DNA of 64,000 nucleotides from an uncultured Rhodospirillaceae bacterium (GCA_964587125.1 CAZPKC010000001.1:163945-227944), one strand, 5' to 3'. Numbered from the stretch's first letter, positions 49,088 to 58,332 are shown. Translations and numbers: made by a program. The notes: a model not told the origin generated them from the letters alone.

Positions 49088-49717
49088 CTATTGCTCCGAA
49101 GACAGGGAAATTGTTTCAGGACAGCAAATGCTATCGATACGCCAAGCTCCACGTTCAACCCTGAGCCGAACAGAAAGACGCACCGCAAAATAAGAACGCC
49201 CACCATTAGGACGAAAAAGGCGACTTGCGACAATCAAAGCACGATCCCCATCCATCTCGATAAGTTGTGCCGTTGCGTTAAGCCACTCGTCAAATGCGTC
49301 CTGTGAACAAGTTATAACGTTTGTACCGGAGGGACAATATTGAGGCTTTGGCTCTGGCTCCTGATCTGATGTATAGGTTGTCGTCCAGTGATAAAATTCT
49401 GATGTCAACATTTTACGCATAATTATATCTTGATTACGCGCGCGAACATGTTCACTACGCGCCTCTGCTGAAAACTTTCGAGGGAATGAGAAAAAAACGA
49501 TGTTGTTTGCCTCATTCCATTTGTAGAAACCTGCGACAAAAGCTTCCAGATGTTCGGAACTGCGGTCGCAGGTGGCGGCGTCTTTGCACTCGACAAGCGC
49601 GGGAGGTTGTATTTTTTCCGCTTTTTCGACCGAGACTTTTGCCGACGCTCCGGATGAAACGGCGAGCAACGCCGCCAGAAACGTGAGGATAGAAATCAGG
49701 CGTTTGCGCAGTTTCAT
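49088..49717 (-). CDS. secreted DUF3828/YbjP-like protein, candidate amidase immunity protein
   Basis: Sec signal peptide; FVAGFYKW, CSQD..W and V.L..ERGAWRIDSI. Confidence 0.65.
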   Translation of the reverse strand: MKLRKRLISILTFLAALLAVSSGASAKVSVEKAEKIQPPALVECKDAATCDRSSEHLEAFVAGFYKWNEANNIVFFSFPRKFSAEARSEHVRARNQDIIMRKMLTSEFYHWTTTYTSDQEPEPKPQYCPSGTNVITCSQDAFDEWLNATAQLIEMDGDRALIVASRLFRPNGGRSYFAVRLSVRLRVERGAWRIDSICCPETISLSSEQ

Positions 49718-50337
49718 TTTTGCAAATCCTCGAAGCGAAGAGCCTTTAAACTATCAAGTCCTGACCAACTTGCAATAATTTCCTGACGCGCAACGAAAAG
49801 CGCGAAGCTGTGGGCTACGGCCCCGTTCCGGGCGGCGACGAAGGGGACGGCGGCATAAACAACCTGCTTCACTCCGATCAGCCGCCGAAGGATTTTGAGG
49901 GAGGCTTTGTGATGCTCGAGGCTCTCGTGGCTCGCGCAGGCTTTTGAAAGGACGACGGGGCGGAGGCCTGCTTCGAACAAATCCACGGCGGTTTTAAGGA
50001 CGCAGCAATCTGTGTCGATGCCGCAAAGGAAAACTTCCGAAATTTTGCGCTTTTTCAAAAGGCGGAGAAATTTTTCATCGACGCAGGTGTAGACGCGCTT
50101 TTCGAAAATTTCGGCGCGGGCGCAGGGTTTGAAGGCAAGTTCCGTGTCTTTCGTTCCTATGCCGAATCTTTTCCATTTCAGCAGTTTGCGGAAAGGCGAA
50201 CGCGGCGCGTTGACGACGCGGAAGATGAACACGTTGCGAAAATAGGATTGCAGCGCCTCGACGATCGCCGGAATTTTTTTCGTGCGCTTGTTGATGAATC
50301 CTTTTTGCACATCGATGATAAGCAGGCATGAGATCAT
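49714..50337 (-). CDS. isochorismatase/cysteine hydrolase family protein with read-through C-terminal extension
   Basis: LLIIDVQKGF, FEKRVY and CGIDTDCCVLKTA; tail reads antisense through the portal repeat. Confidence 0.85.
   Translation of the reverse strand: MISCLLIIDVQKGFINKRTKKIPAIVEALQSYFRNVFIFRVVNAPRSPFRKLLKWKRFGIGTKDTELAFKPCARAEIFEKRVYTCVDEKFLRLLKKRKISEVFLCGIDTDCCVLKTAVDLFEAGLRPVVLSKACASHESLEHHKASLKILRRLIGVKQVVYAAVPFVAARNGAVAHSFALFVARQEIIASWSGLDSLKALRFEDLQK
49777..49841 (+). repeat. second portal-tail copy (59/65 nt identical to 48315-48379)
   Basis: encodes NFLTRNEKREAVGYGPVPGGDE; 6 mismatches, 5 of them synonymous. Confidence 0.9.
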
Positions 50338-50420
50338 AACGCGAGGCTAGCAGACGCCGCGCGGATATTCCAGCGCCGGATGGTGCTTTTCAAGTTTTTC
50401 CAACAACCAAAAAGGCAATC

Positions 50421-51002
50421 ATGGACGTTAAACACATGTCCCTTCCGCTGAGGGTCAAGACTCTCGGCGGCGACGGGATTTTTACGGGTTACGCCTCCGT
50501 TTTCGGCGAGCTCGATCAGCAAAACGAAATCGTGGCTGCGGGCGCGTTCTCACGCACGCTGTCGAAGTGGCGGCGGCAAAATCGCACGCCCGCGCTTTTG
50601 TGGATGCACGATCCGACGCAACCCATCGGCATCTGGCAAAGCGTCCGCGAAGACGCGAGCGGCCTTCTGGTCGAAGGACGCCTCGCGCTTCGCACGCAAA
50701 AAGGCGGCGAGGCTTACGAACTTCTCAAACTCGGCGCGTTGACCGGCCTTTCAATCGGCTATCGCGTCGTCTCTAGCCAGATCGACGCCAAACGCAAGGC
50801 CAGAATCCTGACTGACGTCGATTTGTTCGAAATTTCGCTGGTGACTTTTCCGGCGAACGAAGCGGCGCGCGTCAGCGACGTGAAAAGAAGGGACCGGCAT
50901 TCGGAATCCGGCGTTCGGGGAAAAGAATGCATCGATCCCTCCCTTTTGGCCCAAGCCGCCGAAAGACTCCGCCAAGCCGCGCGAACTTTGACGGACAGAT
51001 AA
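50421..51002 (+). CDS. HK97-type prohead protease (GTA g4-like)
   Basis: FTGYASVF, LLWMHDP..PIGIW, GLSIGY and EISLVTFPANE. Confidence 0.95.
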   Translation: MDVKHMSLPLRVKTLGGDGIFTGYASVFGELDQQNEIVAAGAFSRTLSKWRRQNRTPALLWMHDPTQPIGIWQSVREDASGLLVEGRLALRTQKGGEAYELLKLGALTGLSIGYRVVSSQIDAKRKARILTDVDLFEISLVTFPANEAARVSDVKRRDRHSESGVRGKECIDPSLLAQAAERLRQAARTLTDR

Positions 51003-51028
51003 AATCAACATCAACAACGGAGAAAAAC

Positions 51029-51607
51029 ATGATTGATATGAGCGAAGTACGCTCGGCCACCGATACTCTGGCGCGAGCTTTTGAAGAATATAAAAGCGTC
51101 AACGACCAGCGTTTGCACGAAATCGAGCAACGCGGATCGGCCGACGTTCTGCACGACGAACATCTGGGCCGCATGGACAAGTCCATCAACCGGCTGCAGG
51201 ACGACATCACGAGCCTGAAAACCTCGATGCTGCGTCCGGGCAAGTCGGGCGCGTCTTTGGCTCCGGCAGACAGCGCGCACAAGCAGGCGTTTTTGAAATA
51301 CATCGCCAAAGGATACGACGCGGGGCTGGCCTCGTTCGAAAGCAAATCTTTGGAAGTCATCAACAACGCCGAAGGCGGATACATGATTCCGCCGGAACTT
51401 TCCGACCGCATCGTCACGCGCCAATACGACACCACGCCGATGCGCCAGATTTCGACGGTCATGAGCATCTCGACCGAAGCGGTCGAAATGCTGCGCGATA
51501 CGAACGAACCCGTCGCGTTGTGGATTTCGGAACTGGGCGTTCCGGCTCCGACATCCGAAGGATTGTTGGAACGGCGCAAACTTTGTTCGGCGGAACGACG
51601 CCTGTGA
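51029..51607 (+). pseudogene. HK97 major capsid protein, N-terminal part (GTA g5-like), truncated near 51540
   Basis: AFEEYK..ND.RL.EIE.RG.AD, GGYMIPPE and PMRQISTV; similarity stops after LWISE. Confidence 0.88.
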
Positions 51608-51810
51608 ACGGATTCGCCGTATACAATCCCGACTCCACGAACGATCTGTGGATCAGCGACAGCACGACGGCCGCCGTCAATGGTGTCGGTTCCATTCGTA
51701 TTGTAGCCAACGGCGGAGGTTTCGAGACGCCCCCGGGATATAAGCCGCTTGGAGCCGTGTCGATCGTATCGGCAACGACCGGCGCCAAAATCACCGCACG
51801 CCGGTGGTGA
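51545..51810 (+). pseudogene. 5'-truncated phage structural protein (possible head decoration/fibre partner)
   Basis: GTAQTLFGG..P.NGF.V.NP...ETP.GYKP.G.VSI...TTG.KITARRW; true start lost at the junction. Confidence 0.55.
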
Positions 51811-51815
51811 GCGTC

Positions 51816-53021
51816 ATGTGTCCGCTTATCTTTCCGCCCGACACGTACGCCAGCGGAGGTTTCGACCTGCGCACGTACAAAAGAGGCGTCGGACCCGTTT
51901 CCGGCGTGGTCAAAACTTATAATTTTCTTTCCGGAACATTGCCGAGCGACTTGACCTTCTCCCGCGCGTCGAGTGCGTGGTATTTCAACTCGTCGGGCGT
52001 TTTGACGCAAGCGTCGAGCAATGCGCCGCGTTTCGATTACGGGTATTATGGAAGCTCGTCTTTGCAGGGACTGTTGGCCGAGGGGCAAAGCACTAATCTG
52101 GCTCTCCAAAGCAACGCTTTTACAACCTCTCCGTGGACAAAATCGGCGGCCGTTACGGCAGGGGCCGCCACTTCTCCCGATGGAACGACGGACGCTTTTT
52201 CGTTTCTGGCCTCGGCGGCATATCAATATGCGCGTCAATCCATAACCCTCTCGGGAAGCACGACTTACACGTTATCCTGTTGGCTGCGCGTTTCCTCGGG
52301 CACTTATACGAATTTAGAATTGTACGGGTACGACGGAACCAGCCAATACGGGGTAACGCCGACGATCACAACGACGTGGACGCGCTATACAAAAACCTTC
52401 ACGACGGTGGCTTCGCCGTCAGCCGGAACTATTTATTTACAGGATAATAATACGAGCGGATGGCAAACCGTCTATATCTATGGAATGCAACTCGAACAAG
52501 GTTCTTTGGCTACTTCCTATATCCCGACGACAACGGTAACAGTCACCCGCGCCGCCGACAGCCTTTATAACTCTTCGCTTCCTTGGTTCAACGCGACGAC
52601 GGGGACTTTTGTCGCGCGCGGCATTCTTGAAGGGGCAAATACTTCTCATGCGGCCTATCTCTCGTCGTTCAGCGACGGAACGGCGAATAACAATATCGCG
52701 TTGTTCGCAAACACAAGCGGAAAGGCGCAAGGCGGCGATACGGTTTCCGGAACGGCCTATACGTCTGCCGCGACTGCCGGAAGCCCTGTCGTTGGAACGG
52801 CGTTTAAGCAAGCCCTTAAATACGCCTCCGGCAGCAATGTCGCCGATTTTGGGAGCACGATAGACGGCGCGGGAACTTTCGGCGCAGCCGCCATACCTTC
52901 GGGCATAAGCCGTCTCGATCTCGGCAATAATGTAAGCGGAACGGCGGCTTTCAACGGCTGGCTGCAATCGTTCTCTTACTACAACACGGCTTTAACCAAC
53001 GCGCAAATACAGGGGCTATAA
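51816..53021 (+). CDS. phage head-spike/fibre-like protein
   Basis: LTFSRASSAWYFNSSG, PRFDY, GLL.EG..TNL..S..F...W, QLEQGS.ATSYIPT, VTRAAD; Ser/Thr/Gly-rich. Confidence 0.75.
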   Translation: MCPLIFPPDTYASGGFDLRTYKRGVGPVSGVVKTYNFLSGTLPSDLTFSRASSAWYFNSSGVLTQASSNAPRFDYGYYGSSSLQGLLAEGQSTNLALQSNAFTTSPWTKSAAVTAGAATSPDGTTDAFSFLASAAYQYARQSITLSGSTTYTLSCWLRVSSGTYTNLELYGYDGTSQYGVTPTITTTWTRYTKTFTTVASPSAGTIYLQDNNTSGWQTVYIYGMQLEQGSLATSYIPTTTVTVTRAADSLYNSSLPWFNATTGTFVARGILEGANTSHAAYLSSFSDGTANNNIALFANTSGKAQGGDTVSGTAYTSAATAGSPVVGTAFKQALKYASGSNVADFGSTIDGAGTFGAAAIPSGISRLDLGNNVSGTAAFNGWLQSFSYYNTALTNAQIQGL

Positions 53022-53318
53022 ATGACAGACTTTTACTTTTCCGCTTCTTCTTACAACACGCTTGCCGGAATGCTGACGGGCAACGTCGGCGGCACGTTTC
53101 AGGTGCTTTACCAAAACATTCTTGGCCCCGCGCAGGGACGCGCCGCGATTCCGGCCGGAACGGACGCGAACGGCAATCCTGTCGCCGCCGTTCCTGCGGT
53201 GGGCGATCCCTCAACGTGGTATGTCGGGATTCGCAACGATGCTGCAATGACGCCGCCTACAGGCGTTTCCGTTTGCGACGCGGCGACGGGCGCGGAAGTG
53301 CTGGGAGTGTGGATGTAA
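53022..53318 (+). CDS. hypothetical phage-associated protein
   Basis: starts immediately after the fibre gene stop; Gly/Pro-rich. Confidence 0.6.
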   Translation: MTDFYFSASSYNTLAGMLTGNVGGTFQVLYQNILGPAQGRAAIPAGTDANGNPVAAVPAVGDPSTWYVGIRNDAAMTPPTGVSVCDAATGAEVLGVWM

Positions 53319-53321
53319 GCC

Positions 53322-54149
53322 TTAGCTGCGTCTAAACGGGTGCGCGGGATAGACGCCTAAAATTTTAACCTCGTGCGCGAAGAATGCCAGTTCTTCGAGC
53401 GCGAGGCGAAGCGGCGTGTCTTTCGGATGCCCTTCGACATCGACATAAAATTGGGCCGCCGTAAAATTGCCGTCGACCAGATAGCTTTCCAGTTTTGTGA
53501 TGTTGACGCCGTTGGTGGCAAATCCCCCCAGCGCTTTATACAATGCCGCCGGAACGCTGCGCACGCGAAACACAAGCGTGGTCATGCAATCGCTGCCCTG
53601 CGGCGCTTCTTTCGCCTTGCGCGAAAGGATGAGAAAACGGGTCGTGTTCTTCGGCCCGTCGGCGATGTTCGTCGCCAGACATTTTAATCCGTAAATCTTC
53701 CCCGCCAAACCGGAAGCTATCGCCGCGACCGTCTTGTCGCCGCGCTGGCTCACTTCCTCCGCCGCGCCTGCCGTGTCTGCGTGGATTACCGGCTTGATTC
53801 CGTGGCTTTTGATCCACTTCTGGCATTGAGCCAGCGCTTGCACGTGGCTTTCGACGCGTTTGATGTCTTTTAATTTTGCGCCCCTGATCGCCAGAAGGCG
53901 ATGGTCGATCGGCTGGTAATGCTCGCCGATAATATGCAGCTTGCCTTGCGGCAAGAGATGATGCACGTCGGCCACGCGGCCGGCTGTGGAATTCTCGACG
54001 GGGATCATGGCCAGATGGGCTTTCCTGTCGACCACCGCCGCGAAAGCGTCGTCAAACCCCAAGCAGGGCAACGTCTCGCAACCGGGAAAAACCTTCCGGC
54101 ACGCCAAGTCCGAATTCGCGCCGAACGTTCCTTGAAATGCTATTTTCAT
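53322..54149 (-). CDS. pheA: prephenate dehydratase
   Basis: IAFQGTFGANS, PVENSTAG, NTTRF, NITKLES and ACT domain. Confidence 0.96.
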   Translation of the reverse strand: MKIAFQGTFGANSDLACRKVFPGCETLPCLGFDDAFAAVVDRKAHLAMIPVENSTAGRVADVHHLLPQGKLHIIGEHYQPIDHRLLAIRGAKLKDIKRVESHVQALAQCQKWIKSHGIKPVIHADTAGAAEEVSQRGDKTVAAIASGLAGKIYGLKCLATNIADGPKNTTRFLILSRKAKEAPQGSDCMTTLVFRVRSVPAALYKALGGFATNGVNITKLESYLVDGNFTAAQFYVDVEGHPKDTPLRLALEELAFFAHEVKILGVYPAHPFRRS

Positions 54150-54152
54150 CCT

Positions 54153-55250
54153 TTACATCCCTTCGCCTATCTTTTTAAGCCATCTCGCCAGACGCCGCTT
54201 GGCTTTGGGCGACGGCGCCTGCAAATGAATGAAGAACTGCCCGGCGCTCGCAGACCACGAAAAAGCCGAAGCGAACGCCTGCGGAATTGAAGGATTGTCG
54301 GGCATCGAAAGCGCCCGATCAACCGCTTTTTGCAGATTTTCATCCAAAACGGCAAAGGTTTTGCCGGCCTCGTTCGAAAAAATGTCCAAAGGCCCCGCCA
54401 CGGGATAGGCGGCCACGCGCAGCCCCGCCGCGCACGCTTCCAAAAGCACCAAGCCGAACGTATCCGTTTTCGAGGGAAAGACGAACAGATCGGCGGCGGC
54501 GTAAGCCTTCGCCAAAGAGTCGCCGCCCATGGATCCCAGAAAATGCGCTTCCGGATACTGCTGGCGAAGCGCCTCAAGATCGGGCCCGTCTCCGATGACG
54601 ACTTTGCTGCCCGGCGTTTTGAGATCGAGGAACGCGCGCAGGTTTTTTTCGACCGCCACGCGCCCGACGTTGAGAAGAATGGGACGCGGCAGATTTTCGT
54701 AAGCCCTCAGGGATTTTCCCCAAGGTTTGAACACATCGGTATCGACGCCGCGCGACCAGCGGACGAGCCGGTAAAATTTCCGCGCGCGAAGCTCGTTTTC
54801 GAGCGACGGGGTCGCCACCATAATCGCTCCCGACGGCGCGTGAAATCGCCGCAGAACGGAGAACGCGATGAAGGAAATCAGCGGCGCAAGAAAACGGGGG
54901 CTTCGATGAACCAGATAATCGGGAAAGCTTGTGTGGTAGGATGTCGTAAAAGGCCTGCCTTGGCGCAGGCAAAGGCCCCGCGCCGCCCAGCCCAAGGGGC
55001 CTTCGGTCGCGATATGCGTGTAATCGGGGGAGAAATCGCGGATGATTTTCGCCAAACGGGAATGCGCGAAAAATTCCAGCTTGATATTGGGATAAAACGG
55101 GATCGGAACGGCAAAGAAGCTCTCGATGTCGGGGCCTATGATCCGGACTTCGTGCCCCATGCGCGCCAATTCCCTCGACGTCGTTTCCAGCGTCCGCACG
55201 ACGCCGTTGATTTGCGGCTTCCACGCGTCGGAGACGATGAGAATTTTCAT
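54153..55250 (-). CDS. GT4 family glycosyltransferase
   Basis: MKILIVSDAWKPQINGVV, HIATEGPLG and PSKTDTFGLVLLEA. Confidence 0.93.
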   Translation of the reverse strand: MKILIVSDAWKPQINGVVRTLETTSRELARMGHEVRIIGPDIESFFAVPIPFYPNIKLEFFAHSRLAKIIRDFSPDYTHIATEGPLGWAARGLCLRQGRPFTTSYHTSFPDYLVHRSPRFLAPLISFIAFSVLRRFHAPSGAIMVATPSLENELRARKFYRLVRWSRGVDTDVFKPWGKSLRAYENLPRPILLNVGRVAVEKNLRAFLDLKTPGSKVVIGDGPDLEALRQQYPEAHFLGSMGGDSLAKAYAAADLFVFPSKTDTFGLVLLEACAAGLRVAAYPVAGPLDIFSNEAGKTFAVLDENLQKAVDRALSMPDNPSIPQAFASAFSWSASAGQFFIHLQAPSPKAKRRLARWLKKIGEGM

Positions 55251-56353
55251 AAGCGCGCCTCTAGCGCGGAAAGAAAGCGCGGCAAGACCTGACTCCATAA
55301 TAATTCTTTCCGAACCCGTTTTTGCGCGGCCGCGCCGAGTTTCCGGCGAAGGGCTTCGTCGTCGAGCAGGCGCAAGAGTTTCAACGTGACTTCGGTCTGG
55401 TTTTCCCCGTCGCACAACAAGCCCGTTTTTCCGTCCAAAACGGCGTCTTCCGCGCCGCCGTCCTTGCCTCCCAGAGACGGCACGCCGAAAAAGGCCGCTT
55501 CGATATAGCTTAAGCCAAAACCTTCGACCGACGTGCCGACGCGGCGCACGGGCATTGCAAAAACATCGCTCTGCGAAAAAAGCGCGGATTTTTTATCCCC
55601 GTCGAGAAAGCCTAAAAATTCTACGTGTTCTTCGATGCTTTTTTCTTCCGCGAGCGCGCGCAACCGCGTTTCATCGCCGCCTTTGCCCCCGATCAGCAAA
55701 ACGGCCGACGGATGCTTTGCAAGAACGGAGGGCAGCGCCGTAATGAGGCGATCGATGCCTTTGCGCGGCTCGAGGCGCGCGAGAACGGAGATGACGGGAT
55801 GTCTCCCGCCGATAATCTCGCGCATATTTGCCTGCGCTTCCGGCAAAGGATCGGGCAAGGGGTTAATCGGCGGAAGAACGATGCCAAGGCGCGGATCGTC
55901 GGAGCGTTTGAGATAGGGACGGACGGCTTCCGCCGTAAAATGGGAGTTTGCGATGATGCCGGAGCTGCGCGCTAACGCCTTCTCGATGCGCCTTCTTTTG
56001 CGCTTCGACGGAGAAACGGGATATTCCGCGCCGTGCGCAAAAACGATGATCGGCGCGGAGATGCTTCGCGGCAGGGCTTCCACGCTTTTCCACGAGTCGC
56101 AAAAAACGCCTTCGATGAGCCTCATGAAAAGAAGGGCCGCGAGAGCGCGGCGCTTTTGAAAGCGCCGAAAAGGCCTCCAGCCGCCGAAGCGCTTCAAAAC
56201 ATAGGGAGCTTGCGGTTCAAAATTTTTATCCTTGCCGTCCGCAAAAACGGCTATTTCCCGGCCCGCCAAAGCCAGATGCTCGGCAAGCGCCGTCATAAAG
56301 GTTTCCATGCCGCCTTTAGCCGGAGCAAATGTTTGCGTTACGATGAGGATCAT
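55247..56353 (-). CDS. GT4 family glycosyltransferase
   Basis: GGMETFM, ARLEPRKG and EGFGLSYIEA. Confidence 0.92.
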   Translation of the reverse strand: MILIVTQTFAPAKGGMETFMTALAEHLALAGREIAVFADGKDKNFEPQAPYVLKRFGGWRPFRRFQKRRALAALLFMRLIEGVFCDSWKSVEALPRSISAPIIVFAHGAEYPVSPSKRKRRRIEKALARSSGIIANSHFTAEAVRPYLKRSDDPRLGIVLPPINPLPDPLPEAQANMREIIGGRHPVISVLARLEPRKGIDRLITALPSVLAKHPSAVLLIGGKGGDETRLRALAEEKSIEEHVEFLGFLDGDKKSALFSQSDVFAMPVRRVGTSVEGFGLSYIEAAFFGVPSLGGKDGGAEDAVLDGKTGLLCDGENQTEVTLKLLRLLDDEALRRKLGAAAQKRVRKELLWSQVLPRFLSALEARL

Positions 56354-56467
56354 TCTTCGATCTCGTATCTAAAGCGCGATTTGCCTTTTTCGCCGAAGCC
56401 CCCCGTCTCCCGCAGCCTTGGCGTAGGGGCAGCACGAAGGCGGAAGCCCAAGATCGCTTAATCGGCG

Positions 56468-57274
56468 TCATTCTTCTTCGTCGTCGCTTTTGGGCTGGCA
56501 GATGGGACGGTCGGCTGCTGCGCGGATAAAATCGATAATTCGCTCGACCTGAGCCTGATTTTTGTATTGCGACGCCGTTTCCTCAAGCCTTTCCGCAAGC
56601 GTGCCTTCGGGCGCGAACAACATACGGTAGGCGCTACGCAAGGCGCGAACATCCTCGCGGTTGAATCCGCGCCTTTCGAGGCCGATAAGATTCAGTCCCG
56701 CAAGATAGGCGCGGTCGCCTCTCACAAGGCCAAAAGGAATAACGTCCTTGCCGACCGGCGACATGCCGCCGATGATCGCATAGGCTCCTATGCGCACGAA
56801 TTGATGCACGCCCGACAAGCCGCCGATAATGACGAAATCCCCCACCGTGACGTGGCCCGCCAGCGTTACGTTGTTTGCGAACACGACGCCGTTGCCGATT
56901 TGGCAATCGTGCGCGATGTGCGTGTTGATCATGAACAATCCGTTGTTGCCGACGCGGGTCGTCATGCCGCCGCCCTCGGTTCCGATATGCATCGTCACGT
57001 GTTCGCGGATTTGATTGCCCGATCCGATTTCAAGCTGTGAGGGTTCGCCTTTATATTTCAGGTCTTGCGGACGCAGGCCCAGCGTGACGAAAGGATATAC
57101 GACCGTGTCCTCGCCGATCGTCGTGCGTCCGTCGACCACAACGTGCGAGACGAGGCGGACGCGGTCGCCAAGCTTGGCTTGGGCGCCGACCGTGCAATAG
57201 GGGCCGATGAAAACGTCCTCGCCCAGTTGCGCTTTGGGATCGACGATCGCGGATGCGTGAATGGTGGATGCCAT
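56468..57274 (-). CDS. lpxA: UDP-N-acetylglucosamine acyltransferase
   Basis: hexapeptide repeats; PQDLKY, REHVTMHIGT, HIAHDC and HQFVRIG. Confidence 0.97.
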   Translation of the reverse strand: MASTIHASAIVDPKAQLGEDVFIGPYCTVGAQAKLGDRVRLVSHVVVDGRTTIGEDTVVYPFVTLGLRPQDLKYKGEPSQLEIGSGNQIREHVTMHIGTEGGGMTTRVGNNGLFMINTHIAHDCQIGNGVVFANNVTLAGHVTVGDFVIIGGLSGVHQFVRIGAYAIIGGMSPVGKDVIPFGLVRGDRAYLAGLNLIGLERRGFNREDVRALRSAYRMLFAPEGTLAERLEETASQYKNQAQVERIIDFIRAAADRPICQPKSDDEEE

Positions 57275-57281
57275 GGGCGTT

Positions 57282-57761
57282 TTACTCGCTTCGAACTTCG
57301 TCGCGCGGCACGAGCATCGCCGTATAAACCGCTTCGGCGCATAATTTATCGCCCACGAAAGCCTCGCCTTGGAATTTCCAGACGTTGCCGCGCGTCCGTT
57401 CTTTCTTCACCTTGATATGCAGCGTATCGCCCGGCATGACGGGATTGCGGAACCTCGCGCTGTCGATCGTCATGAAATAGACGATGTGCGTGTCGCACGT
57501 GACGCCTTCCAGAGACGCCACGACCAAAGTCGCCGAAGTTTGCGCCATCGCCTCGATGATAAAGACGCCCGGCATGATGGGATGGCCCGGAAAATGGCCT
57601 TGGAAGAACGGCTCGTTGGCCGAAACGTTTTTGATCCCTGTGCAACTTTCGGAGGGAACGATGTCGATGACGCGGTCGATCAGCAGCATCGGGAAACGAT
57701 GCGGGATGCGCGCCATAATGCCGCCGATGTCGAGCGAGGTTGGGACTTTAAAGGTTGTCAT
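57282..57761 (-). CDS. fabZ: 3-hydroxyacyl-ACP dehydratase
   Basis: [13 protein letters not shown] and [23 protein letters not shown]. Confidence 0.97.
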   Translation of the reverse strand: MTTFKVPTSLDIGGIMARIPHRFPMLLIDRVIDIVPSESCTGIKNVSANEPFFQGHFPGHPIMPGVFIIEAMAQTSATLVVASLEGVTCDTHIVYFMTIDSARFRNPVMPGDTLHIKVKKERTRGNVWKFQGEAFVGDKLCAEAVYTAMLVPRDEVRSE

Positions 57762-57939
57762 GTAAAAGGCTCCATTAAGGGCATGTTTGTAGCGCGTTTG
57801 GCGGGGATGGAGCAAGAGGAAGCGAAAAATCCCCAAGAAACACGAAAAGATGAGCTTTTTAGATGTTTTTGGCGTTCTTTCGCTTCTGCTTTCGGAAGCG
57901 AATTGGTAAGATTGCAAGGACGCGTCGAAGGAGAAAACC

Positions 57940-58332
57940 ATGAGCAACGATTGGTGTTTTGCCTGCGGAAAATTGAACCCTATCGGGTTGAAATTGACAT
58001 TTGCCGAAGAAGGCAATGTTTACGTTGCGCGGTTTACGCCCGGCATCGAACACCAGAGCTATGACGGAACCATTCACGGCGGGATTATCGCCACGCTTCT
58101 CGACGAAGTCATGGGCCGATACCTTTACGCCACCGAGGGACGCAATGTCGTCACGGCAAAGTTGGAAACGCGCTTTCGAAAACCTACGCCCGTGGGGCAG
58201 GAATTGACGATACGCGGATGGATCGTGAAGCAGCGCGGTAAAGTGATCGAGATGGAAGGAACGGTAGCAACGGCGGACGGAACCATTACCGCCGAAGGAA
58301 AGGCGATGCTGGTGGAGGGGAAGAAGGGATAA
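57940..58332 (+). CDS. PaaI-family (hotdog) thioesterase
   Basis: CFACG..NP.GL, HGGIIATLLDEVMG and FRKPTP. Confidence 0.9.
   Translation: MSNDWCFACGKLNPIGLKLTFAEEGNVYVARFTPGIEHQSYDGTIHGGIIATLLDEVMGRYLYATEGRNVVTAKLETRFRKPTPVGQELTIRGWIVKQRGKVIEMEGTVATADGTITAEGKAMLVEGKKG

Noticed and set aside
44900-53330. intact inducible prophage
   Set aside because: No integrase, att repeats, repressor, replication, tail or lysis genes; terL and capsid are truncated.
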